From: Ginglymostoma cirratum
Taxonomy: Eukaryota
Direction of reading: 5' to 3'
Length of the DNA: 64,000 nt
Assembly: GCA_024137785.1 (NCBI GenBank)
Contig: JAHRHZ010000058.1
Coordinates: forward strand, 942,812-1,006,811
The position numbers and the translations under genes are program-made. Shown here piece after piece: positions 1 to 12,149 of the stretch. Numbering within the stretch: the first letter of the stretch is position 1; the number at the start of each line of letters is the position of its first letter. The notes beneath the pieces were generated by a model. The model was not told where the DNA came from. It made no database searches and saw nothing but the letters and a program-made list of their open reading frames with translations.

Positions 1-3000
1 TGCTTCTTCTAATTCGCTTACCCGTGCACATCCGCAACGGATGAGAGAGAAGCAAGCGAAACTGCATGCCATCAAATACTACTCCACTATATTCACTACA
101 AAGCAATAACATTGTGGGTATGTTCATGTACGCAGGTCATGCCTCCAGTCATTATTGCAATCCATCGAGTGAGGGAAATCCCTGTGACGTATCTTTGCAG
201 TGCTATCTCTGATTGGTTAAACATGGGGAATCCAATCGTCTGGTTCACAAAGGTTTGATTTCACATGCCACTGCCCCAGAAAGATCTGCTCAGTGATAAC
301 CTACTCATAAGAATATTTGCGAGGTAACCTACTCACAGGATTTTCGTTCAATCTCCTGATGGTTTATCATACAACTGAAAGCAAGAAAATGTACCCTCTT
401 TCTAGGGCAGACGTAATGCTGTGCTCCAGCCGTGTGTTCTACACAGCACTGGATATAGTATCGCCTGTGTTTGTTCTCCCCTGGGTGCAAGTTCATCCCT
501 TTATATCTTGTCTTACGACAGCCGTGGAGATGTTGCCAGCTACACCGACCACTCCTTGGTTCAAAATATTCTTTAAGAATTCAAATTTCTAATGTCTTGA
601 ATGATGGAAGTCAGTGGAAAATCAAAAATACAAACTTTTTCAACATTGCACATTTGCTTCAACAGTACCTAAGGACAAAGGAATGAAGTATATCACAAAT
701 AACATTGATTAAAATTACACAGTTCTTGTGTTACCTGCAAATCATTGCCCATCCATCCAAGAAGTAAGCGTAATTCTTCTACAAGACAGCAGAAATAAAG
801 GTGGATGTTACATCTGGACCAACTTGTTTCTGATTATTTGTTACTAAATAGTAGATAAACTCAGGCAAGGCAATATTTCTGCAGAGTAATTGCCTCGCTT
901 AAATCACACAGAACACACCAGATCTTTTTGTGATCATCAGATTGAAGGAAGGCAGCTTCTAATATTGAAGCACTTAGAAAATCAATCTCCAAATCCAGCA
1001 CATGGAGGTCAGATGCAGCGCAATCAAATGTGAGGAAAGTTCCATCCATTCTGCCCTGGCTCTTCCTTCACCCAATTGTACGCCAAAAGTCTCACTTTCA
1101 CGAGAACATCCCATTGGTGAACGAGTAGCACAGCTCACAGCAGCTAAACTTGTGAATGGGATTTGAACAGTTAGGTATTTGTTTATGACGAGAATGGATG
1201 GGATGGGCCAAAGGACCCTTTTCCTGTGCTGAAAAGCTCTATGGTTATATGACTCTATGATTAACCTCACTGACTGACACTTAGAATTGGTGAGGGATAT
1301 TTGTGATGCGCTGGTGTTATCCCTACCTTTGAGTACCATGAGGCCTAATGTCAAATCCCACCTACTCCAGAAGTGTGTAATAATATCTCTGAACGGTTGA
1401 TTAGGAAAATATCTGCAATTGAACGCACCAGCCTTGCAGGCAACAATGAGATTGAAAGGTTATTCGACGCTTAGGGACTGATCTGAACTTATTCCTTTGG
1501 TCTCAAAGATAAAGGGACTGGGACACATCCTGTAGTTATATATTTTGAACATTTCTGCATAATTTTGGGTAACGTTGAAATTCATCCTCATGTGATCCTC
1601 AGTTGCTTAAAAGAAAACATTTAAATTAAACCATTTAAATTACTGATTCCCATGTTAACAAGGAATTTTTCAAGACATAGTTTTCCTTGAAATTATCATT
1701 AGTGCAATGATGGCTCATGAGAATAAAGTCTTACTTGTGAAAGAAACTGAATGAAATGCAAAAATGGATAGACATTTTGAATTAATCTTTTCTTCGATAA
1801 TATTAGAAAGCAATGTGTGGGAAAAATGTGCAGAGAGATGCATTAAAGTTGGATTAACCTTTCAGTTTAATGTCATTTCAGCAGCGTTGGAAGACCAAGA
1901 AGGTGTCATTGCCAATATCTTCAGGTTTGATGCAAGGTCATTGACCTAAAATATTGACTCCATACCTCTCCTCAGAAATGCTGCCTGACACGGCGTATTT
2001 TCGGTTTTCGTATTAGCTTTTCACAGTTGCAATGTTCAATTCTTTGCATTCAGTCTTGGGAAACTTCAACAAGCCTGGTACAGGTTTTCAAGCTCTGAGA
2101 GAAGTAATTCATTAACTGCCAGCTGATGTTTCCATTTCCTTTCACACATGATATTGCTTTGTTCTGGTAAATGATGCATTTTCACTTAAATGCCAAGCTT
2201 GTTGATAGTGTGACTGCACAGGATGCAATTTAACCACTGTGCATCAAGCTGACATCTATCTCATCTAGACAAGGCAACTTGGGATTGTGGTTTGTTGTGC
2301 TTTTTTGCAAAGTAATGGAACGTTCCATAAAGCAGATCCTGAAGATTGCACTGCAACTACTTCATACCATGAATTCCAAAGCCCTTAGTCATTCAGTAAA
2401 TGTTAATATGATGTATACAACCACATTCACTGCTCCAAATCATGCATTTCCAGGACACATCTATGAAGCGACCAGGCAGTAAAAATTCTTTATCAACTCA
2501 CGAACATTCTTGGAACCTGAGATTCATTGGTTTTTCTGAAATGTGTGTCAGAATAAATTAGCAGATTGCTGGTGACGTAAGAAGTAGAGTGGACTCAAAA
2601 GTGGTGCAGGTTTCGTCTCTGCAAGAAAACATGCCTAGAAAGTCAGAATGCGTGAAAACTGCATTTTTTTTTTAGAAAATAATTGTCCCATGGAAGGTTT
2701 CGCTTTGACAAAAGGTTCCATTTAGCGGATGATCAAGGTAGACTCACCAAGCAAAATTCCAACTGGTAAAGAAAGAATGAAAAGCATGCATTTATGTAGC
2801 ACATTGCTCAGCCTCAGAGTATCCTGAAGTGCTTGACCAGCAATAAAATCTTTTTGAGTTTTCATCACTGTATAACGTAGAAACTGAATTGTACAATCTG
2901 TGCAAAGTAAGCATGTACGTAATTAGAGCCAGATCCAATCTTTTAATCCTTTTGATTGAGGGAAAAGTATTGACCAGGACACTGCATAGTTCTCCCCTGC

Positions 3001-3948
3001 TCCTCTTTGAAATATAACACTGTGGCAATGTTTAAGGCCGTCTGAGTGGGCAACTGGAGTCTCAATTTAAGATTTTATTCATAAAGCAGCACTTCAGTAC
3101 GACATTACTCTTGTAAGCTTGGACCTTAGACTCAAGTATCTGGAGACAACATTAGAAATCTATTTACGTTTTTTCAGAAAAACACCAAAATCCACAGTAG
3201 GTTTATTGATATTCACAGGAATAAGTAAGGTTATCTTACATTTCCATAAAGAGAAACATCTAAAACAAGCCCGGCTTATCTTTCTCATCTGGAAAGATAA
3301 CTAAATTTCTATTACCAAACTTGTTAATGGGCTTTACTCAACACACATTTAAAATTGATCTTTTTGGCTGACCTCCTGACATGTCAAACCAATGTAAATA
3401 ACCAAAGCAAAGCCATTCATTCATTTTTCAATCAAAAATATATTTGTTTTGCAATTTGCATGTCCTATTTGTAAGTTCCTCAAACTGAAATTATGGATTG
3501 TTAAACTTTCATCATTGCGGATGCTAGTTTTGCAAGTATCAAATGAAATTGTTGCCAAATGAAGTTGGAAATACTCAGCAGTAAACGCTACGTTCAGGTG
3601 CATGCCACAGGCTATGACAAGGCAAGTGATGTAGCTCAGAATTTCAGAACGTCTTCTTTCACTTTAAAAGACAGATACCGTATAACCATCCCTTCCTGTG
3701 TTTTATGAGACCAACTCCCCCGGGCATCATTTACAATTGCTTCAAGTCGTGGTGATGTAGTAGAATAGACTTACGTCTGCCACAGTAATATAAATTGGTT
3801 ACCAATTCCTCTTCACTCAACTTGGTCAAACAGCCTCACTTCATCATTCAAAATATTCATCATTCCACACTATTAAAGTGGCACCTACTTTATGTTCAAT
3901 TGTTAAAAATCGGCATTCTCACAATTTGTACAGTATTGATATAAATAT

Positions 3949-4152
3949 ACAGAAGGCTGGAAGAACACAGCAAGTCAGGCAACATCTGCAGGAAAGGAGA
4001 TGTCAATGTTTTGGGTATTACACTTATTCAGGACCTTCTTGAGTCCTGAAGAAATGCAATACCCAAAACATTGATTGCTCCTTTCCTCCAGATGCTGCCT
4101 GGCTTGCTGTGTTCTTCCAGCCTCCTGTTTATCTGCTTTGTCTGCAGTTTTT
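3949..4152. mobile_element. PLE-terminus-derived foldback (hairpin) element
   Basis: Arms 3949-4034 and 4043-4128 are reverse complements around an 8-nt loop. The sequence (cagatgctgcctggcttgctgtgttcttccagc) matches the 3' tail of the PLE at 16965-17902. Confidence 0.75.
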
Positions 4153-4699
4153 TTTTGTCTCTAACTGGTGTAAACATGTTATTTTCTGAAATATGGGCTT
4201 CCATGTGCTGCATGTTCAGTGTCCTGAGCTTGAATAGTCTGTAGGAATGTTAGATCCAGCTACTTTCACAAAAAATCTGATTTTCTTATCTCTACAGGTC
4301 TTCCCAATATCTAACTGGGTGAATGAGCAGCCAAACTCCGTAACAAACTCTCATTTGAGTTGATCCAAGTTTTCAAACATATAATCTGCTACTCCAATCT
4401 TCTTGAGAGTAGATTGAGAAAGTACTTCGCAAGATTAGGTCAGATATGAATCTTCAAGATGCAGTGAATGAACGTATAGAGAAACAGGTAAAATCTGAAA
4501 AAAATTACTCATTCAGTGCAGCTTCTGTTAGAGTGATTATAAAAAGGTAACGAATGCTTTCTGCTTCCACCCAACAATGCTGTCACATTGACTGATTCAA
4601 GCAAAGGATCTACTAACTCCCTCCTGACCTTTTCTTTTCGAGTCTGTTTAAAAACTTCATTGACTGCGTAACCTTGTTACTATAACCCTGTTCTTTGAT

Positions 4700-4975
4700 C
4701 AGCAAGGTGGCTCGGTGGTTAGCACTGCTCCCTCATAGCGCCAGGGACCTGGGTTTGATTCCAGCCTCGGGTGACTGTGTGGAGTTTGCACATTCTCCCC
4801 ATGTTTGTATGGGTTTCCTTTGGGTGCTGTGGTTTCCTCCCACAGTCCAGGGATGTGCAGGCTGTGTGGAAATGTGGGATTATAGGATAGGAGGTTGACT
4901 CTGGGTGGGATGCTCTTCAGAGGGTCAGTGTGGATTCAATGGGCTGAATGGCCCGTTTCCACAATTCTATGATTC
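4700..4975 (+). mobile_element. tRNA-derived V-SINE (HE1-like)
   Basis: A-box TGGCTCGGTGG, B-box GGTTTGATTCC, V-domain tgtgtggagtttgcacattctcccc...ggtttcctcccacagtcca, and a CR1-like tail gggctgaatggcc...ttctatgattc. Confidence 0.8.
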
Positions 4976-5419
4976 CTTCACAACCATGAGGCAAGGTATT
5001 TTGAAAATACTTGCCAAACACACAGAGCTGGGACTTTCTAACACACTAGTTGGGAGTGGTTTACCAATTACTGTGAGGAGCTATCAAACTGCTTATCACT
5101 GACCATTTCCAGGAAAGCTTATTGTAATATTAACCTTTTTAGCTCAATCCTTGTTTGAAACTTGCAACAATACACTTTGCTGTGAAACACAACATTGAGC
5201 AATGGCATTTTGCAAAATGGTTTTTTTTGAAAAAAGGCCAAATAATTCCCATAAACTGACCCCAGTGTTTTTTTTTTACAATACTTGAAATTGCCTCACA
5301 TCCGACCCAGTTCCAAATGTGATTTTGCTGCATTCGGGGAATTATGACCTCCAATAATAAATCCAAGCGACAGCAATATCAAGCAAAAACATCAAGGGAA
5401 TTAATAAAAAGCAAAATAA

Positions 5420-5590
5420 AGGTTTTCATTTATACAGCTCTTTTCCTGGCCTCACAGTATCCCAACGTGTTCTACAGCCAAAATATTTTTGTAGTCACTG
5501 CAGTTATACAGAAAATTCAGCAGACAATTTGCACATCGCATTCTCCCATAAAGGGCAATAAGATCATGGCCAGACAAGACTATATTTTGT
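5420..5590 (-). mobile_element. Decayed 3' part of a Deu-domain-type SINE (SacSINE1/AmnSINE-like)
   Basis: catttatacagctc...tacagcca...gtagtcactg...caatttgcac resembles the recalled 3' region of these SINEs. A related Deu-core-like fragment lies near 3050-3150. Confidence 0.45.
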
Positions 5591-5951
5591 GATAAAAGCA
5601 GAAAATATGAGAAATATTCAGCAGGCCCGGTAAACCTTGTGGTGCTTGCCATCTGGCTTTTGGAGCAAAGACACTTTCAAAGACGCTCAATGCTCGATTA
5701 AAGGAGCCAACATTGGAATATTGGGTGCCAAATGAGAGATACCATCCTGCCCTTGCTTTCCACATTCACTCGTAGCCAGGGACACCCTAAATTCCAAACT
5801 GCTCACACCCACCTTCCTCCAGAGACCTTGTGATGATCCCTACAAAGGCGTCACTATATTACCACCAGCAGCCACAACTCCCAATGGCTAACCTCTGATC
5901 AACTGGCAGCCCTTGGAGGTGGGATTTCTGCCCAACTTGGGGAGTGAATTC

Positions 5952-6914
5952 TGTGGGAGACCAAACACTGCTTAAGTTAAGTGCCTAATTGTTATCAAAC
6001 AGGATTATATGTTCCTTGGAGAGATTTCACATATTTATCAACTGTTGTATATGGGTCTGAAAGGGTTGGTATTGAAGAATGTAAGGACCATGCACTTTTT
6101 ATTTGGAAATATAAGCCAGAAAGTGGAGGTTTAGATCATTAGTTCTTTTATAACTCGAAGTAAAATTGGAATTGTGTGATGTTCTTTTGTTGAAACTGGA
6201 TTTGAGTCTTTTGTGAGACATGCCGTCACCAGTTGTCTCTGGATAGAAGGGATAGCTGCCCAGCAACAGCTTGTAGACTGATTTAAGTACAGTTTAACCC
6301 TGACCTGAGAAGCAGTTGGTGCGCAGATCTCGAAAGCCTGCCAGCAAGCAAAATCACTCTGTCTTCTTCCTTCTGTCAATGGAAAAGAAATAACACTCAA
6401 GGGTTTGCAACATACAAGCTGTTAACTCAAGCCAAGACCTAGGTCCAGCTGACAGGCTGCTGAATTGAGAATCACTGTGGTTGACAACAATGTGATATCT
6501 CTCCAAAAATCAAAGATACCTGTGAGAAAGTTACCTCAATCCATTTTCTTTTTTGCTTAGAACTCTGATTCACAAAATTTGGCTTTTTTGCCTATCTTTT
6601 GCAAGTTCCTGAAAAACTGTCTTGCTTAGCCTGTCCAGTCCACATGTGAATGAATGTGTACGTGTTTGGATTTAGAGTAAATATAATTTAAGTTTGCATA
6701 CTAGTAATTAATATTCCGTTTTGCCACATGTGAGAAGATACGTTTGTTCTAATGAATAATTTTTCTTGTTCATTGATGAATTCTGTTGTGAATTGTGGTC
6801 ACAGTCGGGAATTAACCATCCTAGAGATTAAAATGGTTATATTTAATATTTGTGACGACTCATGGTATAGTGGGACTCAGTTTCCACTGCACACTGCCCA
6901 TCGGGATCTTGACA
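5952..6914 (+). mobile_element. Possible solo LTR (about 960 bp)
   Basis: Begins TGTGGGAGACC and ends GATCTTGACA (TG...CA with imperfect terminal inversion), with an AT-rich 3' half. No clear TSD. Confidence 0.3.
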
Positions 6915-8302
6915 GGAGAGTGATAACCACCAGCCATAGTATTCATATAGTTGGGGACATTGGTAGGATCTTCAAGGACTGAGATCTGATGTTTAATTTA
7001 AACTAGTTGCTATCATGCAACAGAGTACTGCTTGTACAACACAAGAGTCTCTTCCAGTTAGATCAGTAAGTGGTTTCTCTCTCATCACTTCCCCAATCAG
7101 GTTCTGTAGATCCCTCCACCAAAACTCATGGTCATATTGAACGGTGGTACAGGCTCGAAGGGCTGAATGGCCTACTCCTGCCCTAGTTTCCACTTCTATG
7201 TTTCTATCTTTAAAAATGATGGTAGCAGCAAAGCTACTCGGTGGTGAGGTACGGGTTTAATGGGACCGCACATACAACACATCCCCATGCTGGATGAACC
7301 AATGTCATTTCCTTCTAATTTCCATCAGCCTCACCACCCCCCAAACCTCCGTTTCTCCTTCCTTAAAGCCACGTCTTTCCAGCATTTTCTGCTTTTATTC
7401 CGGATTGCCAGAATCCGCAGCAGTTTGCTTTGCTGTGGTAGTTTGTAATTTCAGATGAGGGTCAAAGAGTGAAAACAAGACAGGGAAGCAATTTGTGATT
7501 GCTTCCCCTCTCCTCGGAAGTTCTGTTTTGCAAATAAGTGAAGCGTACAACTGAAAAAAAATGCTTTAAGAGAAGGAGGACCTCTGAGTTTTGCTGCTGC
7601 CTAAACTTTAAGCTGGCAGAGAGGGTCACCCACCAGCAATAGCACCCACTAGAAATTTGTTCCATTTATATTAGTGGGAGGAATGTTGGCCAGGTTGCAA
7701 GAAAGGCTGCAGATATACTCTACCAGCTTACTCTCCAGTACCATCAATAACTGGTCTATTTATACTTTAAACAGTCACAGGACAAATGCAGTCTCATTTT
7801 TCAGCAAGCTGGCCTCAAGGAACCACAACAGAAACTTGACACCATCCACCCCTCACACACACACATACACCTCCCCCTCCACCAAACTTGACATAGCAGA
7901 GAGTGTGCACATTGCATGTTAACAAAGTGGTGACAAAGATGTTTCTACGCCACCACATCTGACAAAAATACCTGATGGCAATCTAGGGCTGAGCAGGTGT
8001 CATTCCATGTGAAGACTGTAAGGTTTTGGCTCCTACTCAGCTGTTGCACATTGCTCAGAACATAACTGAGTCACTATCTTCATTAGGAGTCCGACTTGCC
8101 ATCCAGCTACACACCGACGCAAGCTTGAACTGTGGTGAAACGTTGTCTGTTTCAGGAGTAGAGTTGGTTCCATTGACCTTCACTTGAGCAGCTGGGAAAA
8201 TTCCACTTCAGGTCTGAAGTGTGTTGCGTAGTTGGGGAGTTCACAGGACAGTGGTAGTGAGTCTGACACCTTCTCAAATTCAGTTTGAACTCTTCCCTAC
8301 AA

Positions 8303-8800
8303 GCACACACTCTCTCACACATATAGACACACAAACACACACTGTCTCTCACACAAGGACACACACAAACACACACTCTTACTCACACACACATGCCCGC
8401 ACGCACAAATACAGACACAGACGCACAGACTTTCACACTTGCATGNNNNNNNNNNNNNNNNNNNNNNNNNNNNNNNNNNNNNNNNNNNNNNNNNNNNNNN
8501 NNNNNNNNNNNNNNNNNNNNNNNNNNNNNNNNNNNNNNNNNNNNNNNNNNNNNNNNNNNNNNNNNNNNNNNNNNNNNNNNNNNNNNNNNNNNNNNNNNNN
8601 NNNNNNNNNNNNNNNNNNNNNNNNNNNNNNNNCACGCACACAAATACAGACACACACGCACAGACGTTCACACGTGCATGCGCACATTCTTACACACACA
8701 TACACAAACACACACATACACACTCTCACAGGCACACACAGAAACAAATACATTTGATCTGTCGTAAGCATGTGCACACGCACACAGTCACACACACATA
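8303..8800. repeat. Degenerate (CA)n microsatellite block containing assembly gap 8446-8632
   Basis: Imperfect CA/CACA/CAGA runs on both sides of 187 Ns. Confidence 0.95.
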
Positions 8801-8992
8801 TTTATAGTAAGTATTGGATGATTTGCTGGATAAATTGGTCTGGAGCGTGGTTTTGTTGTGGCTTTAAATTTAACATTGTGCCTAATAGTATCCTGTAATG
8901 GCTGTGGCTTGTTGATGGCAAGGTAAGACTCTATAAGACAGTGGAGGGGTTGGGTTCTATGCAGTAGGACTACAGTCACATGGGGTGATCAA

Positions 8993-9226
8993 TGTAGTCA
9001 TTGTAGTGAGCTCAGCCACGTGGACCTCATAGAATTGAGTTCCCTGAATGGGGCTGTTAACCTGGTCCAATTAGGGAGCCCTGGCTGACAGATGTAAACA
9101 GGAGTGTCAGAGGTTCTGCTCACTCTAACAACTGGATCTGAGGAGGTCAGACCAGTTTCAAGCGCTCTCAATGTGTAAATAAAGGTTGACTTGATAAAGG
9201 ATACAAGCCTCTGTGGAGTTATTTCA
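8993..9226 (+). mobile_element. Solo LTR of the Gypsy family present at 23939-28610 and 30445-32340
   Basis: TGTAGT...ATTTCA termini and internal AATAAA. Alignable by eye to the LTR at 30445-30650 (tcagcca.gtggac, agggagccctggctgac, gcctctgtgga.ttatttca). Confidence 0.8.
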
Positions 9227-10075
9227 ACTGCTGAGTAAGAAAGTGAATCACTTTACTCCTCCGTCTGCTTCTTTTCCTCATTCTCATCCTCCTGATCTGC
9301 TCCTCCTCTCCTGGTAGCTCAATCTGATAGTCAGGGTTGCAAAATAAGGTAAGATGGGAGATATATTCTTGCAAGGCCTGGGAGACTGCTTCCATGTGGT
9401 CCAGGCAGCAGAGCTATTTATTCTGCATCTCAATGGTGCATTGTCTCCTGCGGGAGCTTGGCTCTCACTGCACTCCTGAGGGATTTGTCTGGGTGCAGAG
9501 AGGAATCCTGAGCTAGTGAGTCACCTTCACCATCCGACAACATCTCTCTCTGCTTTGACATAACGTCTGAAAGACGAAGGGAACTCAATTTTAGGAACAC
9601 AGAATGGAAGCTTCATGCCTTCTCTTGGGATACCAGGCAGTCCCAGCACAATGAATTGGTGGTGGCTATATCCCAACAGTGTGACCAGGCATTTCTAACT
9701 TTGTGGTTACATCTTATTGTCACTAATCCACATGCTTTAATTTTGGTTTGCTTTATTGTGCTCACATGCACCTATGCACGGTGAAAAGCTTTGTTTTGCA
9801 AGCAGTACAGGCAGATCATAGCAAACAAGAACATGAAGATCAAACAGTGCTTAGGCAGAGTGAGGCTTACAAGGTTAAAATTGCACAGCAAATGTGTCAA
9901 AGCAAAATCACCGTTAGCAAGGTCAACACCATTTGAAGTTATAGAGGTGTCTCAGTGCCATCAACAATTCGCAGCCATCACAGGATAGTCTCAGGCGCAA
10001 CATTAAATTTAAGGCCACAACAAAACACTACTCCAAACCAATTTAACCAAAAAAATCGCCTAATATTTACAATGA

Positions 10076-10357
10076 ATGTGTGCATGTTTGTGTGTGTATG
10101 TGTGTGTGTGTGCGCATGTAAGGAAGAGAGTGTGCTCGTGAGAGTGTGCATACGTGTGTGCATGTACATGTGTGAGAGGGAGTCTGTGTGTGTGTTCCTG
10201 TATTTATGTTTGTGTGCCTGTGTCTGTCTNNNNNNNNNNNNNNNNNNNNNNNNNNNNNNNNNNNNNNNNNNNNNNNNNNNNNNNNNNNNNNNNNNNNNNN
10301 NNNNNNNNNNNNNNNNNNNNNNNNNNNNNNNNNNNNNNNNNNNNNNNNNNNNNNNNN
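10076..10357. repeat. Degenerate (TG)n block running into assembly gap 10230-10357
   Basis: Imperfect TG runs followed by 128 Ns. Confidence 0.95.
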
Positions 10358-10440
10358 CTTGCAATTTTGCGTAAGCCTCTACCTTGATAATTTCTTCATA
10401 CGTGCTCCGTCTGCACCTCCCTCTGGCCCAAGAGGACACA

Positions 10441-11285
10441 ATGTGGAGGTGCAGGTATTGGACTAGGGCAGACAAGATCTAAAATCACTCGACAGCAGAT
10501 TATAGTCCAACAGGTTTATTTGAAAATATTAACTTTCACAGTTCTGCTCCTCCTTCAGGTGTAGTGTGGAAGAGGAAGTATATCGACACGGAATTTATTA
10601 GCAGGAAAGTAACAACCCTAAAAGTGGCTCCCTGACCACCTCCTGTTGAATCTTTAGTCAGTTAGAAAGGAGACACAGGTTTCTATTGATTAAAATGTAA
10701 ATCCCAGAATGTCTTTCAAGTCATTGCCCCGAGATATTTAAAGGTTTTATCAGTGTATACAAGAGGTGACATCTCAGCTCAGACAATGCATTTTAGGTGT
10801 GAGGCCTTGTTTAGAATCTCTGTTTTAACCTGGAGTCAGACTGGTTTTACTCTTTTGAACAAAATAGAATGTATCTGCAAATACACAAACATCTTGGATG
10901 AAATAAGTCGCTGCGCGCGCGCGCGTGTGTGTGTGTGGTGGGGGGGGGGAGAGAGAGATTCTAAACAAGGCCTCACACCTAAAATGCATTGTCTGAGCTG
11001 AGATGTCACCTCTTGTATACACTGGTAAAACCTTTAATTATCTCAGGGCAATGACTTGAAAGACATTCTGGGATTTACATGTTAATCAATAGAAACCTGT
11101 GTCTCCTTTCTAACTGACTAAAGATTCAACAGGAGGTGGTCAGGGAGCCATCTTTAGGATTGTTACTTTTCTGCTAATAAATTCTATGTCAGTAAACCTC
11201 CTCTTCCACACTACACCTGAGGAAGGAGCAGAGCGAGTGTTTTCAATCAAACCTGTTGGACTATAATCTGGTGTTGTGTGATTTT
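10441..11285. mobile_element. Inverted pair of PLE 3'/pseudo-LTR sequences
   Basis: Arms 10481-10821 and 10954-11285 are reverse complements. The outer ends match the PLE tail aaacctgttggactataa(t/c)ctggtgt.gtgtgattt also seen at 25245-25280. Confidence 0.8.
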
Positions 11286-11809
11286 TGACCAACAGGACAC
11301 AATCAACCTACCTACCTTGGCTTGAAAAGTACCTCTCATCTTCGCGCTGCAGTATTGGATAAATGAGCAATGTTACAGACCATGCCTGCTTCAGCCTGAA
11401 AGGATTTCAACATAACGAGATTCAGGGCCATGGTCAGATTTGCAACCACTCCTTGGCTGGGATAGGGCAGATTCTAATGAGATGCACCTTTGTAAAATGG
11501 ACACAATGCACACACACACTATAGCTTGTTGAGAATGAGATCAAAGACATGCTCCCTGAGCAGATAAGGCCCCTGACTGAGAGCCATTCTCACCCTCAAC
11601 CATCTCACTTCCCTATTGAAGGCGAGAGGGGGCTAGGAACTGTAGCGCCCATCAGGGGACGTGGTCCTGATCACCCCAAGTAAGCACAACCAAAGCATTC
11701 TTCATGTACCTCATCGTTTCCTGCCAACCTCACAGGCTTTAAACAACTCTTCAAATGACCGAGGAGTTTAACAAACTCAGAAGAAGTCTTTGTGAAGATG
11801 GAATTTCCT

Positions 11810-12149
11810 TTATTTATTCACGGGATCAGGGCATCGCTACAAGGTAGCATTTATTGCCCGGAGGGCAGTTCAGATTCAACCGCATTGCTATGGGTCTGGA
11901 GCCCCATGTAGGCCAGACCAGGTGAGGACAGCAGTTTCCCTCCCTAAAGGGTACTAGTGACCCAGATGGGTTTTTCCAACAGTCGACAATGGATTCATGG
12001 CCATCAGTAGATTCTTAATTCCAGATATTTATTGAATTCAAATTCTACCATCTGCCGTGGTGGGATTCGAACCGGGGTCACCAGAACATTATCTGGGTCT
12101 CTGGATTAACAGTTGAGCAATTCTACCCCTAGGCCATCACCTCCCCCCT
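11810..12149 (-). mobile_element. tRNA-derived SINE with LINE-derived tail
   Basis: Minus strand begins gggggaggtgaTGGCCTAGGGG (A-box) and has GGTTCGAATCC (B-box). The tail gggcaataaatgct is shared with the LINE at 39175. Further copies at about 33020-33283 and 46150-46530. Confidence 0.75.

Noticed and set aside
1-1170. Coding-looking sequence including ERVAQLT (similar to TNF AHLT) at about 1120-1140 and ORFs 317..592 and 471..686
   Set aside because: No donor after the motif, stops in all frames and no recognisable domain. Possibly an ancient TE relic, but I cannot assign it.
8152-10475. Cluster of long ORFs rich in H/T or C/V and X
   Set aside because: Translations of CA/TG microsatellites and N-gaps. 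The same applies at 15738-16027 and 36330-36775.
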